Below are positions 35,151 to 48,200 of a stretch of 64,000 nucleotides of DNA, one piece after another. Position 1 is the first letter of the stretch. Each line of letters opens with the position of its first letter. A model generated the notes under the pieces. It was given only the letters and a program-made list of their open reading frames with translations, did no database searches and was not told where the DNA came from. A program made the position numbers and the translations under genes. Source of the stretch: Klebsormidium nitens (lineage: Eukaryota > Plantae > Klebsormidiophyceae); contig DF237272.1 of NCBI GenBank assembly GCA_000708835.1, forward strand, positions 1-64,000. Reading direction: 5' to 3'.

Positions 35151-37204
35151 GGTTGAAAGTTCTTATCTTCTGTTTGCGGGGGAGTGATCAAGAAGGCCTG
35201 CAAACGAAGCACGACGGAGGGATCTGTCAAACGTTTGTTATATTTGTAATCAAGGAGGAAACTTCAAGAAGCGTGTGAAAGAAGGACAAAGAAGCCTTCG
35301 GTCTGCCCCTGAAACATGGTTGATTCAACTAATATCTGAAAAGGTTCGTTGAACTCAAAGTAAGTAGGGGGTTCCAGGAAAGTTTCGAACATTGGCTCAA
35401 GGATCCAGGGAAGAACGCATCTGTGAGCCAGGACGGTCTCAAAAGGTGAGAGAAAGACCATCCGTTCTTCGCTGCTGTCTTATTATGCCGCTCAGGCTGA
35501 ACAGACAGCAACTGCTGGGCTTGACTCGACCGAGCCAACCGCCCGACCCTTACAAAAGTCATCCTCTCACTTATGACAAATTGTGACAAAGGAAACTTCG
35601 ATGCTGCTCCATGATGTCTGTAAGTAGGTGCATCTTTGAATGATTACAAGCAATGCTTACGACCAGAAGATTTTGACCTTTGCAAGTGCATTTGGGACCT
35701 GTTTCCAGCCCTACTCCCAGAGAGGGAGTTATGTCATTCGTGGGTGATCCGTTTTCGGTCTGTAATCTGGGTAATTTGGTCAGAGCAATACTCTGTGCCT
35801 GAGGTACCAGAAGTCCAAACAAGGGAATCATCGCTTGTGGAAGTTGTCGGTTTATGATTTGGCAGTAGGACCGTATTGACCCCACAAAAGAAGTCATTTT
35901 CGATTGGGGCTTTTCCATGAAACCCCCAGCTTCCAGAGATTTTTAACGACTGGCCTGCTAGCGAACTATTTTTTTGGACATCCAAAATGAGGATTCGTCT
36001 AGCTTAATCTTCACGCCCCTTTTACTTTTCACGCCGAGTGTCATCTTCAAAGCGAAAGTCTTTTTTGGATTAACAGCCTGCATCAATGAGTCCCAGGGCA
36101 GACTTTCGCACCAATTACGAAAAAGTGTCCCAATGCACTGACGCCTGGGACTCTGTCCCCCCATCGACTATTCAACCGCTCCATAACTACAAGCTTACGT
36201 AAAACATTCTGGTGCACTGAGTCTGCTTTTTCTGGGATTCGTATGCCACTGAAAAATACTGTTTGACTTTGCCACAAGGATCATCAGCGATGAGCTGTGG
36301 AAAGTGCAATAAAAAACGCACCAAATCAGTCGATGGGCCCAACCTGACTGATCTTGTGAGTATTTTTGCGATGCCAGAATCATAAATGTTGCCCAAGAAA
36401 GCAGCAGCTTGCATACCAACCTGAAGCCGAGATTGCGAGAGCGAAGTCGCGCCAGGTGCAATGCAGCCTGCAATTGAGTAGGGGGAAAAAGCAACCTTCG
36501 TCCAAGACTGTGAAAACGTTTGCGCAGCGCTGAGCACACCTGACCAGGAGTCTCTGCTAGACCAGCGCTAGAGCTTATAGGAAGTGAATGGTGGGTTTGT
36601 AAGCGCCACCTTCTTGACAGAACTTGAAGTCCCCCACAAGTCCCCCATCTTGGAGCTGTCAAGAGCCTAAAGCATGACAACGTACAGGCTGGAAGTGAAG
36701 AGCGAGTGTTTGGCGCCAGAAACGGTCCGCGGGACTGTTCCGGTCAGATGAACGGATCGGAAGTTGCGCTGCAATCAGCCCCACATGGATTCCGCTGCGG
36801 AAGCAGCTTTCCGGTGAAGGCTGAGCTCATTCGGGCGGCGGCGGCGACCATTTTGCGAAAAGGGTAGAGGCAAATTCAGAAAAGGAGAGCGCAAGGCCCA
36901 GGGGCAACAGAACAATCTCCGGATTGGGCTGTTCTGGATTGTATCTTGCAGGGAGGCACATCAGGAGGGTGCATATCATGTGTGGGTGGGGGCAAAGCTG
37001 TTATCCGAACAACTCTTTGAAAGGCACCTCGCATCGCCTGAGGGAGTAGAGTTAACAGCAAAGGCAACAGAAGCTTCAAAGTGTCGGCGTAGGTAGCTGC
37101 CACAAGTCTGCCTCAGATTTGATGTTTCCTTATTGAAGCGGGTCACCAAGGTAACCTCTTCAGAGCAGTACCACCACTGTTGGAGGCCTACTCTCTTTGG
37201 CAAA

Positions 37205-38088
37205 ATGTCGCAGGCGTTGCAGGCGCGGGCGCTGCAGACTTGGACGCAAGCTCCGCTTCAGAAGTATCATCGAGAAGCAGTGGGCCAGTGTGGTCCAACT
37301 TCAAGCTTTTTGGGGTCTTGTGGACAAGTTTTTCCTGAAGATGTCAGACGCCAAAGTTTGCAACGACAAAGAGGGGTGAGTCCTTGTATCGCCTCTCTTC
37401 GAATCAAGTGTCACTTTTCAAGGATCATAAGCTCTGCTCCAAATATGTTAGAGAATGCAATTCCGATGCTTTAGTCTGGGCTTTAGACTGAAGAGCTGAA
37501 GTGATATTGGGGTGGTGTGGACTCTCTGCTTTTCCAGATTCCTTCTTGAAGATTGGGTGGTGAAAACAGTGGCCAATCGGACACGGCACAGGACAGGCTG
37601 TGCTCTTGGGGCGAAACGTATGCTCTTCAGTGTTCCTCAAATTTTAAATTTTATCCGCTCAAAAATGTATACAATTTACGTTTCTGATGCAGGGATTTTT
37701 GAAAGTTCGGGCCAGCAACCGGAACCCCCCAAAGAAGCCCCCTCCCGATGGAGACATCGTCCGGGGGCTTGCCCAGCGCGAGAAGTACCTGAAACCTTTT
37801 ATGCTTGATATCTTTTTTTCTAACAGAAACTGTAGCGCAAAGATAATGAACAGGGTGAACAGCCACGTGGTAGCAGGCGTAGCGACCAATGAAAAGAGGC
37901 TCAAGATGAGCCTCATATGTATGCACGATGTCGTCGCTGCTCAGAAAGTTGGGGAGTTGCTGGCAGAGCGGGCGTTAAGAGCTGAGGTGTACTCAGTAAC
38001 CTTTGAATTGAGAAAGCAGGAGAAGTGGGATGAGAAGTACGAGGCCATCATGAGCGCGCTCGTAGAACGTGGCATTAAGATCGTCTGA
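37205..38088 (+). CDS. Organelle-targeted ribosomal protein uL18-like (L18p/L5e family)
   Basis: Exons 37205-37375 and 37693-38088 (phase 0). Motifs: YLKPFMLDIFFSNR, DVVAAQKVGELLAERAL, ALVERGIKIV, with a transit-peptide-like first exon. Confidence 0.82.
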
Positions 38089-39117
38089 TATTCTGGCTAC
38101 GGTTGTCATTCAATCACCCCGACCATTTTGGAGACTGGCTTTGCATTTCCTCTCAAGAAGTTGGAATTAACCCAATACTTGATACAAATGGTCCTGAATC
38201 CTTGAAAGGAGTCTGCTGAAAACGTCAGATGTACACACATAAAAGGTGCGCTGCATCGGTATTGAGTTCTCAATCTCAAACCCCTGCCACCCTCAGAAAC
38301 AACAAAAAGGACACGTCTTTTTAGATCTGAGTTCCTGATATGCATTGGACGTCAAATTGCTCATCGTCTCTGCTGCAACTAAAATAGTCATGACGGTATG
38401 CCCACGCATGGCGGCATCGAATCGGATGCATGGCGGAACCCAAGTCGCAATTATCAGCCTTATTGTTGATCGACCGATTATGCCCCCTGTACAAGGTCTG
38501 ATCGCGCTCACGATCGAAATAAGGGTAGGTAAAAGTCAAATGCACTGAACCATATTATACCTGGCCGGCATCTCTTCAATGCATAGCTTGTGAGCATACA
38601 TGGGGTCTAGCTGCTATATAACTAGTCGGATGTGCAACTTTGCAGTGTTCCATGCATGCCCTAGCTTGCCCTTATGGTTATAGTCATCTGAAACATGCTG
38701 GCGGTGCATACATATCGACATGTACCATGCAACATCCATGAGTATGTGCATTTGAGGCATTACTATGTTGCACGATTCAAGGACTCAGTGATGCATACCT
38801 CCTCATGAGGAAGCGGTACTTGATAACGTCGCTGGCAATGGGGATCGAATTGAAGTGTGTCTGCGCAGAAGCCCTGGGGCTCTTGCGCAGGAAGGCCAGG
38901 AGTGGCATCGTCTCGGGAAATCTGGTGACCATGAAAGGAGAATGTTGGCGAGTTAGGGCATCACGCCACCACCCAGAACGGTTTGCCAGCTGTTCATCCG
39001 TTGCCTACTCGATTTTATTCGACGACATCGACATATTCTATCATCGTCAAGAAACATGCAAACCTTCACAGACTGTATTGTCAAAATAAGAAAGCAGGTT
39101 GCAACCACTGCAGCTAG

Positions 39118-42100
39118 CTACCCGGCGCCTGCCGCGGCAGTCTCCTTTCTGCCTGCGCCCTCTGTTCGTGGCGCCTTCTCTCCCCCATGCCCCTCTTTCT
39201 TTTCCAACCCGGTGGGACTCGGAGACTTGCCCTCCTTTCCCCCGGTCGGTTCTTTCTTCCCCTGCCCCGCCCGAAACTGCTTAATCGTGTATACTAGGTC
39301 GGTCATGAAGTCCCCGATCACCGACAGCTGCTCAACCGGGCTCGTGAAGGGCGGGTGGTTGACCTTGGACCGTTGGATGCAACGGGCGAACAGGTTCTCG
39401 GTGGCCATGCACACCTGCACGAGGGTATCTGTTCAGCCATCGTATTTACTGTATTGATGCACAGCATTATTCTCGTTTGAGCAGCAGAGGCAATGAAGCC
39501 GTCGCAGGTATTCATTCCCGCTGCCGATCGACGTTTGTCTTCGACGGCACGGCTTTCCTTTCCTTCTAATCGAACGCTTTCACCAGGCAGGTTTGCTACC
39601 GCAAATCTGATAACGGTCTGACCTTAGACTGGAGCTCTTCTGATTCCCTTGAACACATATGTCGCAAAATCCGTATCGCATCACGTTTAACAGCTTCCTA
39701 CATCAATCTCGAGATCTCGCTCGCTGTTCACGCGGCAGTGCACTTGCTGCACTCGTCGCTGTTAGTATGTGGACCATAGCAAAGAGATACCATTTGGTTG
39801 AGGTCCTGTTTGAAGTGCTTTTTCCGTTTCCTTAACCCCGGACCCGCTCTTCTCAAGTGCCCAGATCTCTGGTATAGGTAGCTTCGTAGAATGACAGGCC
39901 AAGCCCCATTTTCCGGTGAGACAGACAACGAGGGGACTTGAAGGCGCAAACACGATAACGACCTTAGGACGGGCGGGGTCATCTGGGGCTTTAGCGTAAC
40001 GACAAGGATACCCGCTCTTGCAAAGCCAGCTTACGGCAGGATAACCGGCACGAACGAACACGTCAGATGACAGCCGGCTCGAAACACAGTCTGATCGACA
40101 AGGAGGAACTCATTGACAATGCCTTTAGCCTTTCCGCGCCTCCAATCGAGCCGAAGCGGACCGCTCCCCACCTGGCCATGCTCCAGCGTCTTACCCACAT
40201 CTTCTAGTCAAGAAGAGTGTGCTTCCGATGATTCCTTATACTTGAGAAGAGTTCGTTTTAAAATCTGTCTATGAGGAGAGACCGCTGTTCCCCACCTGGC
40301 CATGCTCCAGCGTCTTGGCGCTCTCGTTCTGCAGCGCGTAGTCCATGCGCGCGCGCAGCCCTGCGGTCTCCTTCTCCTGCGCCTCGAGGTCCTTTTTCAG
40401 GCGGCTGATCTCGTTGTTGAAGTTCAGGATCTCGTTCGTCTTGCTCTTGGAGTACGCTTGCAGCTCCGCCCGCAGGCTCTCCGTCTCTTCAGTGGCGACC
40501 CGCGCCTGCTGCTTCAGGTCCGAGTTGGTTGCCTCGAGCGTCGCGTGCCTGGCGGGGACAGAGAGGGAGTTCCGTGAGAATGCTGAAACGGTGTGAAAGG
40601 CGCTATTAAGAAAGAATCTAACGGGAGCGGTTGACGTGCCCCGTCTTCGCCCAACGTAGAGGGTTCTATAGTTGATCCAGGAGACGGCTGGCTGCGAAAG
40701 ACCGATTTCTGGTTTGTCTGGTTCGAAGGTTGGCGTCACATTGTCAAGGAGACTCTTTGCAAGGCGTTTTTCCGGTCTCGTTCCCTCTCTGCACGGAAAT
40801 AAAAGTTGTCTCTGGTACAAAGCCTACGTGATACCATCATCCGGAAACATTTCAAGGTAATTGCTCAAACATCTGGATACCGTCCTACAGGAATGGCTTC
40901 GAACAATGGACTTGTACAACACGTATCACTGCTGATCTGGAATCTGTGCACAGGACAAAAGCTTTGCAAGTTCGGATCGGTCACTGCAACAATCTGGACA
41001 ACGACTCTGCACATTCGGACGTCGTCTCTTGTAACCAGAACTGAGTCAGTGTTCAAGTGCTCAGTGCATGAAACACGGTGAGAACGAATCAGTCCGATTC
41101 CCTGCGGGGAAAGAAAAGAGAAAGAATGAAAAAACGGACGGTCCGCACCGCATGAGGAGGTCGTTGATCTCGTGGTACTCGTCCGCGGTGTCCAGCACTG
41201 CCTCCAGGTACTTGTGGTACGCCATGTTCTGCTCCACGATCCGGCACGTGCGGCCCTTCTCCTTCTGCAGCTCCTCCACCAGCCCCGCCAGCTTCTCGAT
41301 CTCCGCCTCCTGCGATGCTTAACGGCAGCGGTTAGCGGAGGTTTCGGGAACCAAGATGCATTTCCAAGAGCATTTGAAATGGATCTGATAATTTTGTTGG
41401 CTTTTTTGCTTTACTATTGCCTCGAGGCTTCGTCTGCAGGCTCTTCCACCTCCACCAGCCCCGGCAGCTTCTCGATCTCAGGGGCACCGGTTAGCGGAGG
41501 TTTCCGTAACCAAGTCGCAACCCAACGTTTTGGGCCTTGTGTGTTCCTAGTCCATCGAGGTTTCTGTGTGCAGCTGCGCTACACGCCCCGCCAGCCATCA
41601 ATCTCCGCCTCCTGCGACGGTCAATGGACCCGTTTAGCAAATGGCTCAGCTTGTCCTTCCGTGCGGTGGTTACGGCTCCGTTCAGCAAACGCATGGCGAG
41701 TACGGGCTTGTTTTACAAGAGAATGTTTTTTGACGTCTTGTTGCTCCTTTCTGCAGCTCCTCCACCAGCCCCGCCAGCTTCACGGTCTCCGCCTCCTGAG
41801 ATGGTCAACTATTAACGGCCCCGTTAGGGGACATTTTGTGCAAGGAAGGAGCAAACGAAGACAACCTTGAGGTTGTCGAGTCTGGCTTTTTGCTTTCGAC
41901 GCATTCATTCAGCTCCTCGAGCAGACCCCGCCAGCCTCTTGCATCTTGGCTTTTTGTGATGTTCGATAAAATTACTTGTCGAGGGGTCTGACGAGTTCGC
42001 GCCTCGATGGCACATTCTCAATCCTCTTCTACGCCTATAGTCATTGTCAAAGTCAATCCACGCAGCTCAGCAAGCTTCTCGCCCTTGACCTTTCCCTTTC

Positions 42101-42998
42101 CGGCTTGCTCACACCTTATATTGATGGAATAGCAAACTGAGACGTCGTCGTTTACCTACCTTTTGCAATCTGCTCTTGACTTCGTCTGCCGCTTTCTTTT
42201 CCGCTCGCGTCCTTTTTGAATTGTTCTCCTGCAAGAAAGTGGTCTCGCTTCTTCAGCCAGAGGCACACGGTTTGGGTGCGGACTTTTCTTTCGAATGTAT
42301 GTCAACGGCACACGTTGGTCCCGAATCAACGGACGGGAACAAAATTTCGGAAGTCTGTATGCTCTGTTGCGACAGTCATATCGCTGCTCTTTCGCGAAAG
42401 TGCCATCAGACACGCGATAGAAGCAGGCCTGGCGCTTCCGTCACGTAAAAGAAACATAATCTAGGGACTTTCGGGGATTGAGCTCGACTGTAAGCGCTAC
42501 GCGTGCGTACCTGTAAGAACTTGCTAAAACGGACAAGCGCATCCTGAAGCTCGGCGTCCTTCTTCTTTAGGCCCTCCTCTCGTCGCTTGAAGACCTCCTC
42601 TTTCCTGAAACAAAGCGAAGGTATCGTCGGATCTGCTCGTGAGTACCACCTTCAATGCCTTTTCCTGGCAGACAACCACTATGGAGAAGAGTCATTGCCA
42701 AGTAGCATTTAGAAAGGCGTGAGAAGACCAGTGCAGATCTGCTAGCCTGCGCACCTTTTCAAAGTGAGTATTTCTCTTACCGCCCGGAGGATTGGGCGAT
42801 GAAATGGTACTAATGAACGGGGATGAGGAATCAAGCGCTAGTGAAGCAATGAAAGGCGAGGGTCAGGGTCGTGATTACCTAGCAAACTCGGTTTTCTGGG
42901 CCTCCAGCTCTTCTTGCACCTCAAACATCTGCCGGCGCTTCTCCAGGAGGCGGGTTGCAGGGGCGACATGCTCCAGCACCAAGGTCTTCTGAGTGGTC
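39118..42998 (-). CDS. CFAP73: Cilia/flagella coiled-coil protein of the CFAP73/CCDC42 (DUF4200) family; first exon unresolved, upstream of 42998
   Basis: In-phase exons 42998-42879, 42604-42511, 42228-42160, 41309-41149, 40548-40296, 39414-39118. Signature KTLVLEHVAPATRLLEKRRQMFEVQEELEAQK...KEEVFKRREEGLKKKD. Confidence 0.85.
40166..40192 (-). repeat. Perfect 27-bp intronic copy of the CFAP73 exon end plus donor (40290-40316)
   Basis: ccccacctggccatgctccagcgtctt occurs at both positions; offset 124 bp. Confidence 0.92.
41430..41950 (-). repeat. Array of four degenerate copies of the CFAP73 exon acceptor plus start (41265-41355)
   Basis: The core ccccgccagc occurs at 41283 (exon), 41459 (one mismatch), 41586, 41769 and 41926, with flanking ctccaccag / ctccgcctcctg / ggttagcggagg similarity. 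Confidence 0.88.
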
Positions 42999-45200
42999 CT
43001 GCAGTACCAGGAGGAATTTACGTTTTGTTCTGACAGTTCTTTTGCTTGTAATGATAGGGAAAGTAAATACGGGGGCATGAGTGGCCATGAAGTGCACCCA
43101 GGAATGCTGGCGCTGCCGCTCGACCACTTGATCCGGCCAGTTGGGAAGAACAAGGTTCGAAAGGTCAAATAAGAGGAGCGGGGATTGATAGTCGGCTGGG
43201 CTTCTAAAGGAAAAGCCAGCGGCTCAATTCAAGAGCAGAGAAGGGGGTTGGCAAACGAATTAGAATTGCAGGGGTAGACCTGATCCTGACACTTGTTTCT
43301 ATTCTTCCAAGTTTGCATCCCAGCTATGCAATCGCAGAGCTTCCACAACTGACAGGGTACCGCTGCGATACGGACTTAGCTGGTTGCCTCATGCTTTGCA
43401 GCCATTCTCATCTTCCTTGCAAGTGAAAAGCATACGTCCGCAAAGGATAACCTAGTTTGGCATGGGATGCTCCAAGCCGTGCTCTGGTTTGCCCATGACT
43501 CTTATATCAACATAGGAGGCCTCGTTACGACCTCTCCGCATGGTTAATTAATCGAAGTGGATAATGAGGTGCCTATGCTTAGCCCGAAATATAATCCTGA
43601 CATTCTTCAACACCCAGTAACTATTATCTAAAAGGACGTCAGCTCACATTGTGAGCTCTTCCAAGTGGTTATATTCAATTTGACTTCGCCCGATCCTTTC
43701 CTATGTCCTATTTCGCCTTCATGTTTCCTTAATAATCTCTAGACTGCCTGTTTGGGAACAAGTAGATAATTGACACCTGCAAAAATGGGGCACACTCCTG
43801 AATGGGCCAACTGCCATCTTATCTCAAGCCATGGATGCCTAGTGTGACCACCGAGCAGAAAGCTGGTACTTACTTGTTTGTCAGCCCGCCTTGCGGCACA
43901 ATCAACGGCCCTTCGTCCTCTTCCAACGCCGCCAATTCCATCTTGCAACTGCCGCAAAAGAACCGTCTAAAACTGAGACGGAGCTATATTGTGATTTGGT
44001 TCAGCTCAGAAAGTCGAAGCTGATGCCTGCGTGTCAAAAGGCCTGACCACTGTGGCTGGCGACCTCACTTTGCTAAGTGAACGACTCATTAAGATGCCGA
44101 AACCAGTTTCAAAAAGTGAAGGTGCACATTCCTCAAGCGGCACAAAAGGGGTCTGCAGCCTTTCTCCTCAAGCGTTGCTGTCACGATTAGATTCATCTGC
44201 CGCCCAAGCTAAATGTAAAGCTGATCTCCACGGTTATTCACAGCGCCTGAGCTGGATCTCGCAGCAAGACCTTCACTGCTTCAGGCTTCAAGAAGAAGAT
44301 TCAAGGTCTCATCAGCCACATTGTTATTATCCAGCTGAGTGTGATAGAACCTGACACAATTTGTCACACACACACAATTTGTCATCTTGGGAAGATCATT
44401 GCATGGTGAGAAGATCCCTCCCAGAGTCCCGAGCTAAAGTTACCCAGCGCTCAAACTGACGGTTCTGACTCAAGGATTCAGGGGTGAAACTCATCCGACG
44501 GCACTGGTAAGATGCTTAGCAACAAAACGGGTAGATCGGACGGTTTATGTTGACTGAACTATCCCTGAACTTGAAGAGCATCATGGCATGGAGTCGGTGT
44601 TCCGGAAAATTGGAGCCTGCCTAGCTGCGGCTGCGCGGCCTGTTGCTGCGCTCCCTTGCAATCCTTGCGTGATCAGACGAGGATGCAAGTGGGCCTTGGC
44701 ATTGGCGTTTCTGTATTAGCTCTTATGCCGTCTCTGCAGGGGTATTGAGAATGCCTGGATATGCAGGTTTCCAACCAAATCAACATCGAACGGAGAAGCA
44801 GAATGATGGTGGTGCTTGGAAGATGTACAGTCCCTCAAACGCAATGGCTGTCCGTGTGCCATAGACAAGGAGATTTTGTAACGTGATCAAGTGAGAAGCT
44901 GCATCATCTTCAAGATTGTCATGTGCTCCAAATTAGTGGCACTGTCAGGCTTTCAGGCGCCAGCGGGTGTTTGGAATCGCAGTCTAGGTTGATGCACTAG
45001 CTGATGCCATGGTCTACTTTGCCACCGCACAAGCTGTTGCGCAGGCAGTAGCTTTCAGCTGAGCTCGAACTCAGGGGAACATTCTGACATTGCACTGCAT
45101 AGCTCACTAATTTGATTTGCTTTTCATTCCAAGCATCCAGCATGTTTGAGACAGGTCTTTTCATGCCAACTTGAGTCTTCTACATGCCTTTGATTGCAGG

Positions 45201-48200
45201 ATGGAGACTTCTTCTTTGAGCTCCAGCAGCGATGCAAACTTTGCAACCTCCCCCTATGCCAAGCACACCTCCCTGCGCGGCGCGGCGGGGTACCGTGCAT
45301 GGAAAGGAGCTCCTGGACCCTCCCAATCACCGGGGGGGGGGGCAACAGAAGCTGCAGAGAGCAGCAGTGCTTGGCCTAACCGCGCCAGGTCCCAGAAGAA
45401 CGGAGCGTCTCACTCCAGCAGTGGGGACGGTCGAGTGAGGGAGAGTGTCTCTCGCTCAGGCCTTCGTAGTGGGAGCAAAGTGGATGGCAATCGCAAAGGG
45501 GATGGTGAAGGGTTTGAAACACAGCCGCGCAAAGCAGTCCCTGCCTGGAAGACCGCACCTCAGAATGCTTCGGGTACTCTCTGGGACAGGCTCTCGCAAG
45601 CGAGCCGTCCTGCTAGCCGCCCCCCGAGCCGCCAGATCTACAGCGGTGTCAAGCTGCGGAAGACTCCTGAGACTCCAGAAGAAGGATCGCCGAACGGCAG
45701 GTTTGACACCACTCCAAACTCCAACAGGCCCCCCTCTCGGAGGAGAACAGAGGGCCGCGTTGATGCCCAGAGGGCCGAGTCAGTGTCGGATTCTGCTGGA
45801 GAGGAGCCGGAGACATACGATATGTATAGCAGGGGGTTTAGCAGAGGCCCTGCCACAGGGGGGCGGCCCGCTTGGAACCAGGGAGCGGCAGGGGCGGCGT
45901 CACGAGCGGCGTGGACCACAGGGCCTCAGGCGCTCCGAGCAAGCATGCAGAGGTCCTCGAGACCCAGCTCTAGGCTGTCGTCTCGGCAGGCGTCGAGGGA
46001 GGGGAGCGTGGCAGGAGACGTAAGCTATCAGTGGGAGGATATGCAGCCGTCAAAAGAGTCAAGCGGGACCGATCTTGTAAGTGTTAGCAGTCAGGATGGG
46101 GGGGAGAGCGAAAGGGTGGCGAGCAAAGGGGGAGGCGGAGCGAGACCCGGGTCAAGGATGAGCGTGGTGGACGTTCTGAGCTTTGCTGAGGAAAGTGGGC
46201 GCGAGGAGGGCAACGATGAGAACAGGGAACCGGGCTCCCGGCCACCGTCTGAGGTGAGGCAACTGGATCATTCTAAAAGGTTGAGGAGAACCCTTGATGA
46301 ACGTAATTGCAGATGAAACGCCGGTGTGGATATCCCCTTTACACTTCCTGCCAAGTAGCTGGCTGCCAGACCCGTTTGCTTGTGCAGACTTTGGTCAGGC
46401 TCATATTGCACTGAGGAGCCAGTGACTCATCAGAAGCCAACGCCACCTTCGTGAAAGCATTTTCCTTCGAGCTAGCCAGTTTCGTACATATCACTCCTGA
46501 AGAGCTTACGCCCCGCACCAAAGCTCAATCTCTCGTTCACGTGAATGCAAACCTCGCCACATCAAACCATGAAGCTGCCCTTCAAACGTCGTGTCCTCGG
46601 CCCCACAACATAACCACGATTTACCCCATGCGAATTCAGCACCCTAGGGCATAACAGCAAAAGTAAATGCCTGATGTTCCGTGCACTTCGTGCAGGGTTC
46701 CTCTTTCCGCCGCACTCCCGACGGCCGGCCCTCACCCGCCCCCTCCGAACAGCACCCCAACGATTTGCAGTCCAAGAAAGCCCGGCTCTCCGCTCACAAA
46801 GCGGACGTTTCAGAGGCAGCATCCGGCACCCGGCGGTCTTGGGGGGGGGTAGCCAGAGCCCAAGCTTCAGCCCCCCGAATCTCGGAATCGCCGCGCGTCG
46901 GGGAAGTCTACCGACGGCCGGCGAGCGCAAGGGATTGGAGCCCGATTCGGAAGCGGAAGGACGACCCGTTGCAACCACAAACTTTAGCGGAGTATATGGT
47001 GCGGGGGTTCTCCGTTCAATCTCAAACATCCTTTCTACGTTCTTAATCTGCTTCTCCTACTGGTGATACTTTCCTGCCTCGGGTTCCACCATTTTTCAAG
47101 GTCTGTCGCAAGGTGCGCTTGTTGGTTTGGCATATGCGCTATGGACTCCGTATGGAGTTTCTGAAAGATGTGCTCTGCTTCTATCGGCATCTCTGGTCGC
47201 TGGCCTGGCACTTCTTGAACCTTCCTCAGCGAGATATTTTGCGGCCAACTCGGAGCGAAGTCAATATGGGCAGGTCGATATGGTCAAAAGTGACCACTTC
47301 AGTAAAGGGAAGTCTTCCGGACTACTTGAGGAACAGAATAGCTGTCCAACTGCTTCGTTTCAAAAATACGTGGACCTCCGTGTTGTCTATCCGTGTGTCT
47401 CCTTCTCGTTTTCCTTTACTTCGCATCAATTCTGCAGCTTTCTGACTCTTGTGCCTGCCCCCTTCTGTTAGGCCCGACTATACCTGGATTCACTCTCTCT
47501 GTCCTTAAGTTTGTCTCTTCTTCATTCTCTTCTTTCCCTTGGTTCTTCTCTGCATCCATTTTGAAGATTGTCGTTTTTGAAGACTGTGCGTTCCTTCTTC
47601 TCTTTAGCCCGACTTTACCTGGAATAACTTCTCAGTGTGCTTTCCTTTTTCTCTCTCTTTACGCGCTCCATTTTCTTTTGCACCGTTTTTGACGAGTGTG
47701 CGTTCCCCCTTTCGTCAGGCCACTCCCCGGAGCCCACTGCGGAGCCCGGTTTGCCCGCCTCGTCCAGTCTCGGCACGGAATGCTGACGTCGGAATGACGC
47801 CCCTCAATCTGGACACTCCAACCCGCAGGCGAGCAGTTGCATCCATGTTCTCCCCGTCTGTGCTGACTGGCTGGTCATACTGGAGTTGCTTTGAATATGT
47901 ACTCTGCTCATGGGGGGTTCGAAAAAGAACCCGGGGGACTTTGACGATTGGCATCAATTTCCCTGCTGCGATTTCCAACCGAACCGAATCGTGAGTCGAA
48001 ACAGGTCAACGATGCAGGATTTGTTTGGCTCTTCTCCTTAACACTTGGACTCGATCTCCACTTCCTTTAGCGTAGTGCGCTCTTTCGTGATTTTCAACAA
48101 GAGAGGCAAGAGCGTCTTCCGTTTTTGACATCGACAGGGTTTTAACACCCATTCCTTCAGTACGCGCCGCAGCTAGAGGTCCCCAGCATTCATGCAACTT

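Noticed and set aside
35570-36680. Overlapping minus-strand ORF fragments as a kinase or retroelement pseudogene
   Set aside because: Only vague resemblance, with no intact catalytic motif (HRD/DFG, YxDD, DDE) and no usable splice chain.
41265-41950. Regularly spaced repeats as a CRISPR-like array
   Set aside because: The units are degenerate copies of the adjacent exon junction with variable 127-183 bp spacing, inside a eukaryotic intron, with no cas genes.
45445-46023. 192-aa alternative-frame ORF
   Set aside because: It overlaps the long exon of the disordered protein; expected in GC-rich sequence.
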